Assembly: GCA_036172245.1 (NCBI GenBank) | Contig: JAYWIR010000027.1 | Span: 1,674,001-1,738,000, forward strand | From: Raillietiella orientalis | Taxonomy: Eukaryota | DNA length: 64,000 bases | Direction of reading: 5' to 3' | Part shown: one piece after another, positions 1 through 11,830 of the stretch | How the letters are laid out: each line of letters starts with the position of its first letter | Numbering within the stretch: the stretch's first letter is position 1 | Notes under the pieces: generated by a model | Told to the model about the DNA's origin: nothing | Database searches by the model: none | The model's input: only the letters and a program-made list of their open reading frames with translations | Program-made: the position numbers and the translations under genes

Positions 1-1110
1 GTTGCGTAGAGCAACTACAAGGCTCGGAGGACAACACAATAAGCAGATGCGGGAGGGATTCCCATTCCCCGCACTTGCATCAGTATGGGTCCACAGTCCC
101 CCATGTCCAGTGAGATTGGCGGGCGTTGCTGGGAGACCCCCAGTGCAACACCAGAAATGCAGACTCCTACCACTTCAGGAGGAGGGCCCACTTGTTCCTC
201 AGCGCTGGGGGGCACTCGAGGTCTTCCTACGGGATTCCCACCAGCTCGCCCCAGCGCAACAGTCCTTTCGGTAGGATACTTGAGGTCGCAGCGTCGGTTA
301 GCTGCCCCATGGTCCAACCACCTAAGTCCTTCACCCTTCCGAGGATTTCACCACGGACCTCCCATTGGCCGGCTGACTACTGCCCAGGTGCTCCTTGAGA
401 TAGGGAAGAGCCGCGGCTAGGGAGGTCCTTTCTGCCCACGCACGCGTGGTGCGCCGCACGATGAGGTCCTGCAGCGAGCAGTTGTTGTAGAAGGAGTGCA
501 GCAGTCGCCGCCGCATCTCCGGGCTCTCTTCCTTGTTCTGGGCCCATGTGCAAACGATTTCCTGCAACCAGGCACTGCCGTTCGCGGGCCGGCAGAAGAT
601 CCAGGTGTTCGTCCTGATCACTTTGGTCACTCGACGGAGCTCCAGACCGCAGTGGGCTACGTTGAGTCAGCGCCGCCACGCCCGGAGCGAAGAAGGTCCC
701 GCGTAGCCGGTGGCTAGCTTGACCAGGTATCATGCGGGCTCGCACCAGTTTGTGCTCCAAAACTTTGCCACTAGGGCGAGCGTCCTCCACCGGAGCTGCC
801 GCCCCAGGCGCTCCAGCGTCAGAAGGCCGAGGCTTCCGTCGCGACTCGCAGCGCACAAGTCCTTCAGGCGGACTCGGGACCTCATTGCGCCCCACAGGGC
901 TATTTTCAAGAGGTCCTTCGTCCGCCTTTTAATGCTACTCGATGAGGGGCAAACAAAAAGCAGGGGGCGGAAGAGGGAGGCCACGAACATGTTCCACATC
1001 ACGGCCCGTTCCAGCAAGAGAAACTTGGCATCCTGGAAGCGTCCGATCGCCGACTCTGCCTTCTGGAAGCAGCTGGACCACGCCTTCGCTGGGGAATAAC
1101 CTCCCATCTG
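1..1110 (-). mobile_element. Decayed L1/Tx1-like non-LTR retrotransposon, post-RT part of ORF2 to the C-terminal zinc finger (continues off the left edge)
   Basis: Minus-strand peptides LLFVCPSSSSIKRRTKDLLKIALWG..RVRLKDLCAASRDGSLGLLTLER and WIFCRPANGSAWLQEIVCTWA..RTSLAAALPYLKEHLG align by eye with 57050-57620 (+) (LLFVCPPPCSIRKHTKGLLRIAL; WISCRTANSSAWLQGTVRTWA; RTSLAAALPSLRQHMG). A CKCGEWESLPHLL zinc-finger remnant lies near 40-95. Stops and frameshifts are present. Confidence 0.85.
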
Positions 1111-1964
1111 CACACTCCGAGGCGGTGGTTGTTGCACTCTCGATCGCACGGGGCTTCTCGAGATCGGCTGATACCTCCATCCTCCCCCTCTTCCCACGCC
1201 GAGACTCGCACATCCTTCGATGGGCAACGGCGCGAAAGCGAGTGCGCTCCTCGACCGCAGTCGCGACCCACTCGGTCGGTTTACATGTCACCCAAATCGG
1301 CCGAAGTGGATGCGGTGAGGGTGGCTGCCGTCCCTGGTACGGCGGAGGAGGTGGCGTCTTCTCCGAGGCATCTGCAGTTCTCTTCGGTCCTTCTTTTCGC
1401 TCCCTGCCATCCCCTGCTGCGCAAGCGCCGAACCTGCTAGAGGATCACCCTGCTTTTAGGCGGAGAGTCTTCCCCAACGTTCCCGGTTCCTTACACTCCG
1501 AAAAAGCGTCTTTCCACATTCAACACCGATGGCATCGATGTACACGCAAGACGATGAGAATTTTTCTCGCCGAGTGCAGCAGCTGGTCGGGGTCATTTGG
1601 CGCCGCAAAGCTCCAGCATGCACGATGATGGGAACATCTGATCTCATCTGTGCATCTGTAGCATATTCCATCGATAGCCCTCCGTGTTTCTGCACGGCTT
1701 CTAGAGCCCTGAAGGCTGCGCTGCACGCTATCGGGCCGCACTGAAGTCGGTGCATTCTCAGACCAGGAGGGAGCTTTGCAATCGTCGGATCGCACGCGTC
1801 GGTCCTCTTGCGTCATCATCGTGTCCGCGTCCGCCTTCACCACCGTGGGTGCCGGAGCTGCCCTTCCGTGCAGCTGGTCGGGCGGCAGCAGCGTCCGGCT
1901 CCTCTTGTTCTTCTCGGTCAGCCTCCTCCTCCTCCTCTTCCGTCTCCCTACTCTGAAGTCGGCG

Positions 1965-3760
1965 GACGTTGCACGGGAGACCCCAGTGCAACAGCAGGGG
2001 CACCGACTCCCGCCACTTGGGAAGGGCCCACGTGAGGAGACCCATTCGAGAGCTTCGCGAGGAATTCCTAGCAGTTCACCCCCAGCGCGAAAGTCCTTCA
2101 GGTGCGGAGGTGTGGCGGGGGGTCGCAGTGTCGAGCAGCTAGCCCGTGGTCCAACCACCTAGCGCCCTGCTCCCGGTAGCGATTTCACCTCCCCATTTCT
2201 GCTGGTAGGTTGCTGCCGATGCTCTCCCTCAAGGAAGGCAGAGCACCGCGGCCAGAGAGGTTCCTTCCCCCCATGGGCAACTCGGTGGGATGACGCGCCG
2301 ACGACGCTGGAGCGGGCAGCTGCTACAGAAGGGGTGCGCAGCAGTCGCTGCCGTGTGACCCCGGGGCTCGGCTCGTTCTCCTTGGCCCACGTGCGAACGG
2401 ATTCCTGCAGCCGGGCGCCGCCGTTCGCGGAGGAAGGAAGGGGGGCGGAAGGAGATTCAGGCGTCCTCCTTGGTCAGCGCGAGAAGTCCCCAGCGGCACA
2501 CGTCGCGACAGTTTCTTTTCTCGTAGCCAGGCCCTGCAGGAGGAACGCCGTTCGTTTACCCTTTCGTCCTTTGTTTCTTGCAATGGCGCCCTGGAAGGAG
2601 TGCTCGCGTTGGGCTGTCCAGTAGACCACGCAGTCGTGCCTTGGCGCACCCCCACGGCTACGATTATCGCTTTCTTGTTCAGCCTGTCACGCCCGCTGTG
2701 TGTTCCTCCCTGCTCATTGCGCAAGCCGGCTGCATTCCTGCTGAGTGGACGCCGGGTTTCCGAAGGCTCCGCCCGCGTGCGAAAGGGGAGTGCTGCTGCT
2801 GATGATGATGCCCGGAGTCCAAATGCTTCGTGGGGTCCCTTTGTAAGGTGGGGGAACGGTTCGTCGCAGCGTATCGGAACCGCTCGGGAATGTTTCCGTC
2901 TTCCGCGGTCGACGGCCATACGCGGCCTCCCTCGAACCAGACTGGCTCGTGTAACGGATCTTCTCCCGGCGCATAGAAACCGCTGACCATGAAACATCCT
3001 GGCCAAGGAAGGATCACGTGCTGCGAGGGGAGGCATCGTGCATCCGCGCTCTTCCTTCGCACGGAAGGAGAGCAAGGAAGTTTGAGATCTGCGGATCCGG
3101 TCACGCGGCAAGCCTGAAGGCGTATCGCCTACCCAAAAGTAGGGACGCACGGATCTGAGGGAGGTTCGAAGCGCGGGAGCAGCGCCTGCTCTTCACCACA
3201 GCGCCCACTGAGCAAGTCTCCAGAACACCACCGGAGAGTCATTTGGCGAAACTGTGGGCCAACAGAAGGAGGCAGCGCAACAGCAGCGGCACCTTGCGGC
3301 CTCCAGCCGGCACGTTGCAGGCAGTCACCCCAGGCTGAGGCCAGACTTGGCGCTACGGAGAGGGGGCGCCGCAGCCACATCCATGGACACCGCCCGTATG
3401 CAGGGGCACTCCACCGGCTCTCCAGCGTCGGAGGACACAACGCGGAGAGGCGCAGTTGGCACGCATGGGCGGAGACCACCCGCGGACTGTGTAGGGTCAG
3501 TCGTGAGAATTCTCCTTCGGGGACACGAGCACACCGATGCCCAAAGTGACCGGGAACCACGTTGCCCCGTGCCCCTCCCCGAGAGATACCCGCAACGGGG
3601 AAGACCAGCAGCATCCGCATCCGCAGCACAGCCAGCGGCGCCGGAAGGACGCGTCCGCGGAAGTTCCGGGCGAGGTAGGAGGAGTGGCGAGACGACGCAA
3701 GGATTCCGCGGCACCCCAATTCCGGGAACGCTCGTCCGTCTCGAGGGAGAATCGCTCAGA
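1965..3760 (-). mobile_element. Second, more diverged and partly deleted ORF2 copy of the same L1/Tx1-like family
   Basis: 1965-2450 repeats 125-600 at nucleotide level (gggagacccc-agtgcaaca; ggtccaaccaccta; gatt(t)cctgca.cc.g). RPYFWVG near 3130 matches GRPYWIRLG at 56840. PGIGVPRNPCVV near 3710 matches SLGVPTRICRVV at 55870. Confidence 0.7.
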
Positions 3761-4454
3761 TACGTGACCACGGCGGGAACCCGACTGCGCAGTCGCACCG
3801 CCCGCCGGGCTCTCATGGACTCGAAGCGCACCGACGGGAGACGCTCTCGGTTGACCGGTCAAGAAGAGTGGCAGCTCGCGGGCCGCTTCCAGGACAATCG
3901 GCACTCACCTCGGGAAAAGAGCGTCCGCTCCCTGTGCCCGCAGAGGGGCCGCTTGGTCCCCACGGCGCGCGACGTCCCCCCCTCTCCCTTCAGTCAGCGC
4001 AGGACGCGTTCGTCGTCACGAAGAGCGACCGGGAGGAATTCCTGGACTCGACTGAGACCCCCTCCTTCTTTATCCCCTCATCTGTCAAGGAAGAGGGAAC
4101 TGAGGAGCATCTCCGAGCAACTCAGAATGGTGATGCGGTGCCCTCCGGCAGCCTGGAACCGACGTGGGATCGCGTCCGAAGGCGGTCTCGGAGAAGAAGG
4201 AGGAGCAGCAGCCGCGGAGCGTCCTCCGGGATCGCTCGAGCGTCCGAGCGAGACGATGCTCCCGGGGCGCGTCAAGGAGAACGCGCACCACCCGAGGAAG
4301 GCGACCTCAGCTGGGAAAGCGGGGGCGGGTGCACCGCCCGAAGAGAGGGAGCGGAAGAGGAACCACCGGAGGAGCGGAGGACTGCAGCTCCCTGAGGAGC
4401 GGACGCGCAGGATGGCCGCACTGCGGAAGTGCTGACCCGCGTGGGCCCCGGTTT

Positions 4455-4900
4455 CTTTTCCACCGGGTCACGCCTGGTCGTCCGGCTCAAAATGAAAAAA
4501 ATGGCAAAAAAAAGAAAAAGGGGAGGGGGTGAATGGGGGCGATACGACCAGCTCGCCCACCGGCTTCGGAGGGAGTCGGGAGGGAGGGAGGGAGAGGGGA
4601 CGAGAAACAAAGAAATGAATTAAAGAAGGAGGGACTTTGGCTCCGGTTTCTCCTTCCCTGCCGCAGCTGGCTCTGAATGCTGGGGGCGGCCTCCCTGGCG
4701 ACTTCTCCTTCTCGCCAGAGAGCCCATCCCTTCGCAGCCGTCCTCATCGCGGGGCGAGGCGGCCGCCGACAGAGCATTCCCACGACTCAAGAACTTCAGA
4801 TTTTGACCCCATCCTTCTCCATACTGTTCCTCGGTATCTTGTACTCAACAGGACCAAGAGCAGGATGAACCTTATATCCTCCCCTTATTGGAACCCCCTT
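4455..4900 (-). mobile_element. 3'-terminal fragment of the L1/Tx1-like family
   Basis: Minus-strand gatgaggacggctgcgaagggatgggctctctgg resembles catgaggacagcgtggagatggccctatctggg (58193+). It is followed by a pyrimidine-rich UTR and a terminal motif variant acgaccaggcgtgacccggtggaaaa (4482-4456). Confidence 0.55.
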
Positions 4901-7900
4901 TAGACCCTCGCTGCGAGCGAGGGCGTCACCATGGGCCGGGACGGCGGCGACAGATCGATGCGATCACCGCGCCCCGCAGACAAGTACTTGGCACTGTCCT
5001 CCGGGTGGCGCCACTCCGAGACCGGTCCCCTCCACGTGTCCGCGAGGGCGCAGCAGTCAAGCGGGAGCGATCCCGTCGCACAATTAAATCCTTAATTGAA
5101 TACACGTATTTCTGTGGATCGGCTCGGGGAGTCAACCCCCCCGGACAGCGGGTGGCCTGCGCAGGTCGGCGCTGGCGATCCCTGGTGCAGGTGCGGCACC
5201 GGGGATCGCCAGCTGCGGTTTCCTCTTCAGCCGGAACGCGGAAGCGTCCGCACACGAGGGGGAGGAGAGGGGCGCGAGAATCCTTCGGGGCAGGTCGCCC
5301 TTCCGGAGGAGTCCCGTCGCTAGGGAACAGGGAGCGGTGGCGCCGACCCGACCCAGCTCCTCGTCTCGCAGTCTATGACTCGCTCCACATGAGTCATTCA
5401 GGACCTGACCACCTCCTCGTCTCGCAGCTGTCGTCGAGGGATCTGTCGGCCCCTGCAATGCCTGAGGCGGAGAGATCACCTGAGGCGTCCTCGGACTCGC
5501 GGGGTGCCCGAATCCGTGTGTGGGAGCGAACGGCTGCTGGCGCCGGGAGCCTGGAGAAGCACCCGGCTGCAGGCAAGGAGAGCGGAAGAGGGGCACCTCC
5601 GCCGCCGTCGCTGCTCTTGCTCGGGGCAAGCCTCCCAGCTCTTCCTGCGGCGCTGGCGCACCCATCCTCGAGCCCCGACTCGACCAGGTCCATCCGCTGG
5701 GTCCTTGGATCCCGGATGCGCCCGTGGTGCGCCCCTCCCCCTCTGGGGACAGTCGCTTCGACGGACCTGCCGTTGCGCGCGCAACTCCTCGCGAGGCTGC
5801 GATCCCTGCGATCGCCGCGTCCCGTTGCCCCGCTGCCTCGGCGCCTCCCGAAGCGCTGCCATCCCGGTTTCGGCAGAGTTGCCCAGGGCTTCCCTCGAAT
5901 GCGCTCTGCGCCGCGTCTTCCGGATGGAAGGGGGGGGGCGGGGTGACTCGCTCTGCGGAGGTTGCGGAATATCGCCCGCGTCCTCTGCCGGGAGGCTACG
6001 TCTTCCGCTCCCTGACGCGTGCTCCTCTAGCGGCGAGCGGGAGCGGGAGCAGCAGGTTGTCCGCCTGCACTGGAGCGGAAAGGGTGGAAACGCCGCCCTT
6101 CGCACAGGAGCGGTGGTCGGCTTTCGGGTGGGTTTGGGAGCCCTGGGGGTGCGATCCGGAGTGGGGAGCAACGCCTGCCACCCGCACGCCGCAACCAGGT
6201 TGCAAGTGGGCGGGTTGGATTCTCCCGAGTTTTGTGGCACGGATCCGCTCCTGAGGACGCTCATGGCGGAGGATGGGAACGGGGTGGGTCTTCGGCCTCC
6301 TCGCCTGTGGTGTTTGCAGCCGCCACTGGGAGCGCCCTCGCTGGGGTCGGTACATCGTCGGATGGGAACGAGGGAGGCGCTCCCAGGCACTTCTCGCTCC
6401 TCCCCTCCCTCCACCTCCCTTCCTCCGGCGCTGGGACTGGCGTCTCGTCCCTCGGTCTGGAGGAAGAAGCCGCGCGCTGGCCGCCTGCAAGCGGCTGGCT
6501 CGAAACGAGGCCACCTGTGGCTGCTCTTTGGTTCGGTGTCAGAGCGCCCGCTATCGGCGAGTCCGCACGATCCTGTGCGCGTCCAGCGCTGAGGACCGCC
6601 CTGTCCTAAGCGCCGCGCTAGTTTGCTGCAGCGACTCCTCTCGCTCTGCCCGTCTTCCCTTACGGCGAACGTTGCATGGAGAAGCGTTCGGTGGCCTTTC
6701 ACCGTGGGAGGAGAGGCTCGACTCCTGTAGGTGCTGCCTTTTGCTGGACGCGATCCCCCCCCCCCGGTCTGGGTGCTTCCAGACACGAGAACTTCTGAAA
6801 CATTCCTGCATTGGAAGTAAAACCTGGATACCGATGGAACGCGACTCCCGCAACCGTTGCTTCCGGCTCGCTGTTCTGGAAGGTCGCCTCCATCAGCCTT
6901 TAGGGTCGGTTGCTTCTATGGAATCGCCGTTGAGCGCCTTCTTTGCTGGACTGGGACTCCCATGGTTTCATCCGAGCCAACGTTCCATAGCAACCAGCGG
7001 CAACTCCTCTGGGACCTGTGGAGCTCGCCGTTCTCTTCACCCCTCGCCGACAGCTGTGCTCGAGAGAGTTGGGCCGCGCGGGCTGCTTGCAGATGCCAAG
7101 TTTCACCGTCAGGAAGGACCAAATTTTCACCCACCTAAAGACTGAGACGGGCCGAGGTCACCTGGGCCCGGAGATGTCCCGCCGTTCGTTTTGCCGGGAG
7201 AGGCAAAGCGCGCGCCACCGCCTTCACACTGGTGCCAGGCGTGGTCTTTCGAGCTGGGGCCCCACTTTCCCCGGATCACTCGAGGGTTAGGAGGGCCGTG
7301 GGTCCCGACCGTGGGTGCCGCTGCCGAGTGCGCAGTTCCCCGCACCCGCATGCCGACGGCCCAGCGAGCGTGCGAGGGAAGGAGGAGGGGGGGGGCGTTC
7401 GGAGTCGTGGGAACGTGGAGACGCGGCCCTCTCCCCTCCCACACCCTCCAGCACTGGCGCGCCGCCGCCGCCGCCACCGCCGCCACCGCCATCGGGCTGG
7501 CGGGTTCGCATCGGACGCCCATCGGTCGAAACGGGGGAAACGTCGCCGCCGCCTGCAGACGGGGTGGGGGATCGAGGGTGGCCAAGGAGGGCAGGCGTCC
7601 TCTGCGGGATTCTCCGGGGGCTGGGCGGGGGATGGAAGGGCGTCTCGAGGCCGCTTGGATTTCCTCGCGTGCAGGGATGCTGCCGCCGTCCCCTTTCCGG
7701 GCTCGGCGAGACGTCGACTAGGCGCTCGCCGCGGAACCTTCGGGATGCCGGCCTTGGCGGTCGGCGCCGCCTTCCGCTGCTGCTCCGCCGGCAGGCGCCC
7801 ATCTCGCCGGAGCGCCCTGGAAGGAGCCAAACGGCGACCCAGGGATCTCTGCGCCTTCACTTCTCTCGCCAAAACCTTCGCTGACCTTGCCCTCGCCAGA

Positions 7901-8399
7901 GGTCACGAGACGCCTAGCAACCTCCGTGGAAGTCTCACAGCCCCCCCACGAGGGCTATGGGATTCCTTCGCGGAGTGAGGAGTCGTGACTTTCTGACCTC
8001 GCAACTGTCATGTATCAGGCGTCGGCCTCAGCTGCTCCCCGGACATCTCGTTACGAATAAGAGACGGAGCCTTCGTCCCGGACTTGGGATGTCCTTCCGA
8101 GGAACTCCCGGAAGCCTCCTGGATGTCTCGGGAACACAAAAAGAGGAAAAGGCTCATGACGGCATCTCCCTCAGGATGTCCTCCAGAGGGCAAGAGATCG
8201 CAACGCAAGTGCGCGTTATCCTCGTAGCATCGTGGAACCCGGCCTATGACCAAGCTCTTCATAGTCAGACAATTAGTCCGCCTACACCACGGTGGTCGTG
8301 CGGGGCGACTCGCAGCATCGAACCCAGAGGAAGCATCTGCTGGGGTCATGGGCACAGCTCTGGATGACCAGAAGGTCTCCTGGCAACCCGATCCGCAAG

Positions 8400-9100
8400 A
8401 GGGGTGTCTCGGCGTTTAAGCGTGGGTTCTCCTGGCAACGAGGGTGCCCCTGGGTCGAGCCGCCCGCGACGGAACGAGCAGCGAGGCGGCTGAGGGTGGG
8501 CAGCTCGGTTCGAACCTGGGAGACGCGACGTTCCCGAGGGAGCGGCTTTGAGCTGGGCAGCGACCTTCTCCTGCGCGCAACGTCTTGAACCGGACGCTCC
8601 CCTCCATCCTGCCGCGGGAGTAAGGGCTAGGGGGGAGGCTGAATTGCGCGGAAGCCGGGCCGAGCTCTGACCCTGTCCCAAGCGAGCAGTTCTCTGGCTG
8701 GGGAAGCTGACAGGCCAGTTGGTGCCCCCAGGCCGTGGAAGTATGGTCACGCCCTCCCCCCATCCCTCGACCTCACGTGTTCCCGAATTTTCGGGATTTC
8801 CGTTCTTTTGGGCCGGCGGATCGGCGCGCCGGGACCCTTTCGTCAACCGCACTGGGGGCCGAAAGCCGAATTTCACGGATGAAGGGACGCTGTCCGGAGC
8901 GCCCTTGGTCCATGGGGAGTAGGTCGGAGTGGCAAGAGAAGGGGACAGCAAAGCAGCTACCAGAGGGAGAGCGAACAGGAAGGAAGGGTCACTGGGTCCC
9001 GGGGGATGTTTCAGCCTTTGGTGGTGCCTCCCCTCTTTCCCGGAATCACGTGGGACTCTACCGCCGCCGCCGAGGAGCATCTCCAAGACCCGCGGCGGCG
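8400..9100 (-). mobile_element. Possible decayed ORF1 (Tx1-type) fragment
   Basis: VTILPRPGGTNWPVSFPSQRTAR resembles the DLRAFPSFEVSFQKS segment at 54850-54900. The similarity is weak and judged by eye. Confidence 0.3.
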
Positions 9101-11199
9101 CCGCAGGGAACGCCCTTCCCCTCTTCCCCTCGAGTTGACCCCACCCCTCACCGAGGGTGAGGGGTCAGATCTCCCGTGAGATGGGAATGCCCGCCCGCGT
9201 GTCTCAGCGGGGTGGGTCCCCAGCGAACGCGCCCACCCACCACGGGATCGTGAGGGGACCCTCCGTCTGGCGCTGAGACCGCCCCCGTTGCGCGCTCGAC
9301 TGGGAGCTCTCGGGGTCCGAACGGGGTCTCCTTGCGAGCTTGAGGCGTTCCCGAAGAGGAGTTTCGACAATCGGGTCGAGGTTGCTGCCGATCTCCCGGG
9401 AATTCTTCCTACTCCTCCTCCTCGTCCGTCCCACTTCCCGCTCCCCCACGAGCCGTGCGTGCCCTCTGTGCGCGCTTCGCCTCCGGGCCCCCACGGGCGA
9501 CCGAGGAGGAGTGTCCGGCGGAGGGCGGTGGTTCCTTCGATGCCCACGAGGCGCCCCCGCCCACGTATCGCCCAGGACCTTTCTCGAGCCCAGGACCGCG
9601 CGGGGAGGGGCCGCGCTGCCCTGGGCGGGTTCTTCTCTCCTGATCCGGAGCGGCAGCTGACGGTGGGCGGCGCTCATTAAGAGTTCCTCCCTTCCCTTCC
9701 CTCCCCCCTCCTTCCCTTTCGCAGGTCTCCGACCGTCCCACGGGTGCTTCGCGCGCGGCTGGAGCGCCAGTCTCGAGGTTGGCGCTCCACTACGAATGGG
9801 CCGTCTCCAAAAGAGAGCGGCACACAGAGCGCTTCTTGAGAGTGCGCAGCGTCCCACGCGCCTGCTCGTGCTCCTCACGAGCACCCCGACGTGCTGCCGG
9901 GGTCCCTCGCCAGCCCACTTTCGCGGCCGGACCCTGGTAACTCCCCCGCCGAAGGAAAGAGGGGAGCCGCCATCATCGGGATTTTCTCGCTTCCTCTCCT
10001 CAAGGGCCGGCTCGAGGAAGATCTCGTTGCATCGGTTCCCTTTCTCCCCCCTTTCCCTCTTCTCCCACGCCCCACACTCTCTCGTCTTCCTTGGTCGCAC
10101 CAACTGAGCCCTCCTGGGTAATCCCGGGGGGAATTCGCGCACCCCGCTGGCCAGAATCGATTGCGCCCGGGGCTGAGGCGCTCTTCGTCTCCTGCTCCCA
10201 CGGGATGAAGGCTCCAGACCGGGATAGGTGGTGAAATGAGGGACTCCTTTCCTTTGCTTTTGTTTCCCTCCCCATATCCCCTGCTTCCCAACGTCCGCTA
10301 TACCGGGCTCTTTCCTGAGCTCCCGGTCCTGTCGGGAAAAGGACGCGAGGGAGCATCCCCATGCTCGGCTGCTGCAGGCGCACCCTGCGCCCGATAGTCT
10401 CCTTAGGAAAACCTGGGCAAGTGGGACACAGAGAAAGGAGACGGGGAGGGGAGTGGCGTGTGTCGTACCCGTTCTGCCCTGTGGTAGGCGGAGGGACGGC
10501 GGGATGGTGGGCGGGGAAGAGGGCACTCCCGGTCGGGGGAAGAAGGCAATGGTGGGGGGAGCTCGGCGCGCGTGCGGCGAGAGGGTTCCAAGCGCGGAGC
10601 GCTACCGCCTCCCGGACCCCGGAGTTCGCTCTGGGAGTCTCTCGGACGGGTCACTGAAGCGCCATCATCGTTGGCTATCCGCCATTTTGATGAAGTCATC
10701 AGTGCCGGTTGAGCCGAGACGGATAGCTGCGGACCTGTGGTAGCTTTGGGGGATAGCCTCTAAGCTGAAAATCAAGCGAACGCGGTCCCCTGGCTCGAGC
10801 GGGCAAGCCCTTTCGCTACCCCGCACGCCTTTTCTGGAAGCGCGCGACGAGTCGCACTCTCCGGCTAGGGTCAGTTCGGGGAGCCGCGGAACACCAGCGC
10901 CCTCAAATTTGAAATCTCAATCTTCAGATTTTACATTTATTTTTCCTTTGTTTCCATCGAGCCACGCCCACTGCACTTTCGTTTCGCCGGTCCGCTTCTT
11001 AGATCCGTTCCTTTGAGAGAGCGCTGCAGACTGATTCCAAAGGAAAACGAATGAGAGATGGAAGGTGGGTTTCCTCCGTCGAACAGCAGTCGCCATCCCT
11101 CAAAGAGGAAACGATGCCATCGTAGAGGAGGTGGACAAGCACTACAACTCTGGGAAGGGGGGGGGGGACCTTAGTTACCAACTGTTTGTTGCCTTTTTC

Positions 11200-11830
11200 C
11201 GGCAACAATGACCATACGTTTGTTTGTGTCGAGATTCGCCACTAGGGCTAGGGAACCTTCTTCACCTTGTGGTACAGAGTTGCTTTTCTTCGTCGCTGCG
11301 GAGGCAAACGGGAGACGCACGGCCTCCCACGCTCGCCTCCGCGGAGGAGGAAACGCGCGAACCCGAAACCGTGGCGAAAGTCGCAGAACTCGTCGCACCC
11401 ATCGCCGATCATCATCTCTTCCTGCCAGCGACCTCCGGTGTTTCGGGAGAGGACTTCTTGACACGCTGACCCGAGTTGCACTCGAAGGGCCGAGGGCGAA
11501 GCTCACAAAAAGCAGAGTGCGCTGACGTGAGCTCCCTCCTCTACGACCCTACTTCTTCCTGCGCTCGCGCGCGCCTTTCGCTCTTGACTCTCCCAAAGTC
11601 CGCAGCCCGCCCAGAGCAGGAAGTTCCCTGTAATGGCCGGAAGTCACTCGCGATGATTCTTTATGGTTGGCTTCCGCGCGCGAAGAGGCGCCGGATTCTG
11701 GCAGGGGAGCCTTGCAGCCAGGGGTTCCGCCCTGCCCCGCAAGCCTCGCGAACACATCTTGGGGCTGTAGGTTGCCCGCCGTCCCGGGAAAGCTGGATCG
11801 TCGATTGGGGCTCAGCGGGGGATTTCTAGG
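11200..11830 (+). mobile_element. Highly decayed RT remnant of the same family
   Basis: Collinear remnants: PIADHHLFLP (cf. AYVDDLLLLP), GPRAKLTKSRV (cf. GRADMNKAKSS), LRPYFF (cf. GRPYWI), HLGAVGCPPS (cf. PLLFVCPPP), spread over several frames. Confidence 0.5.
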
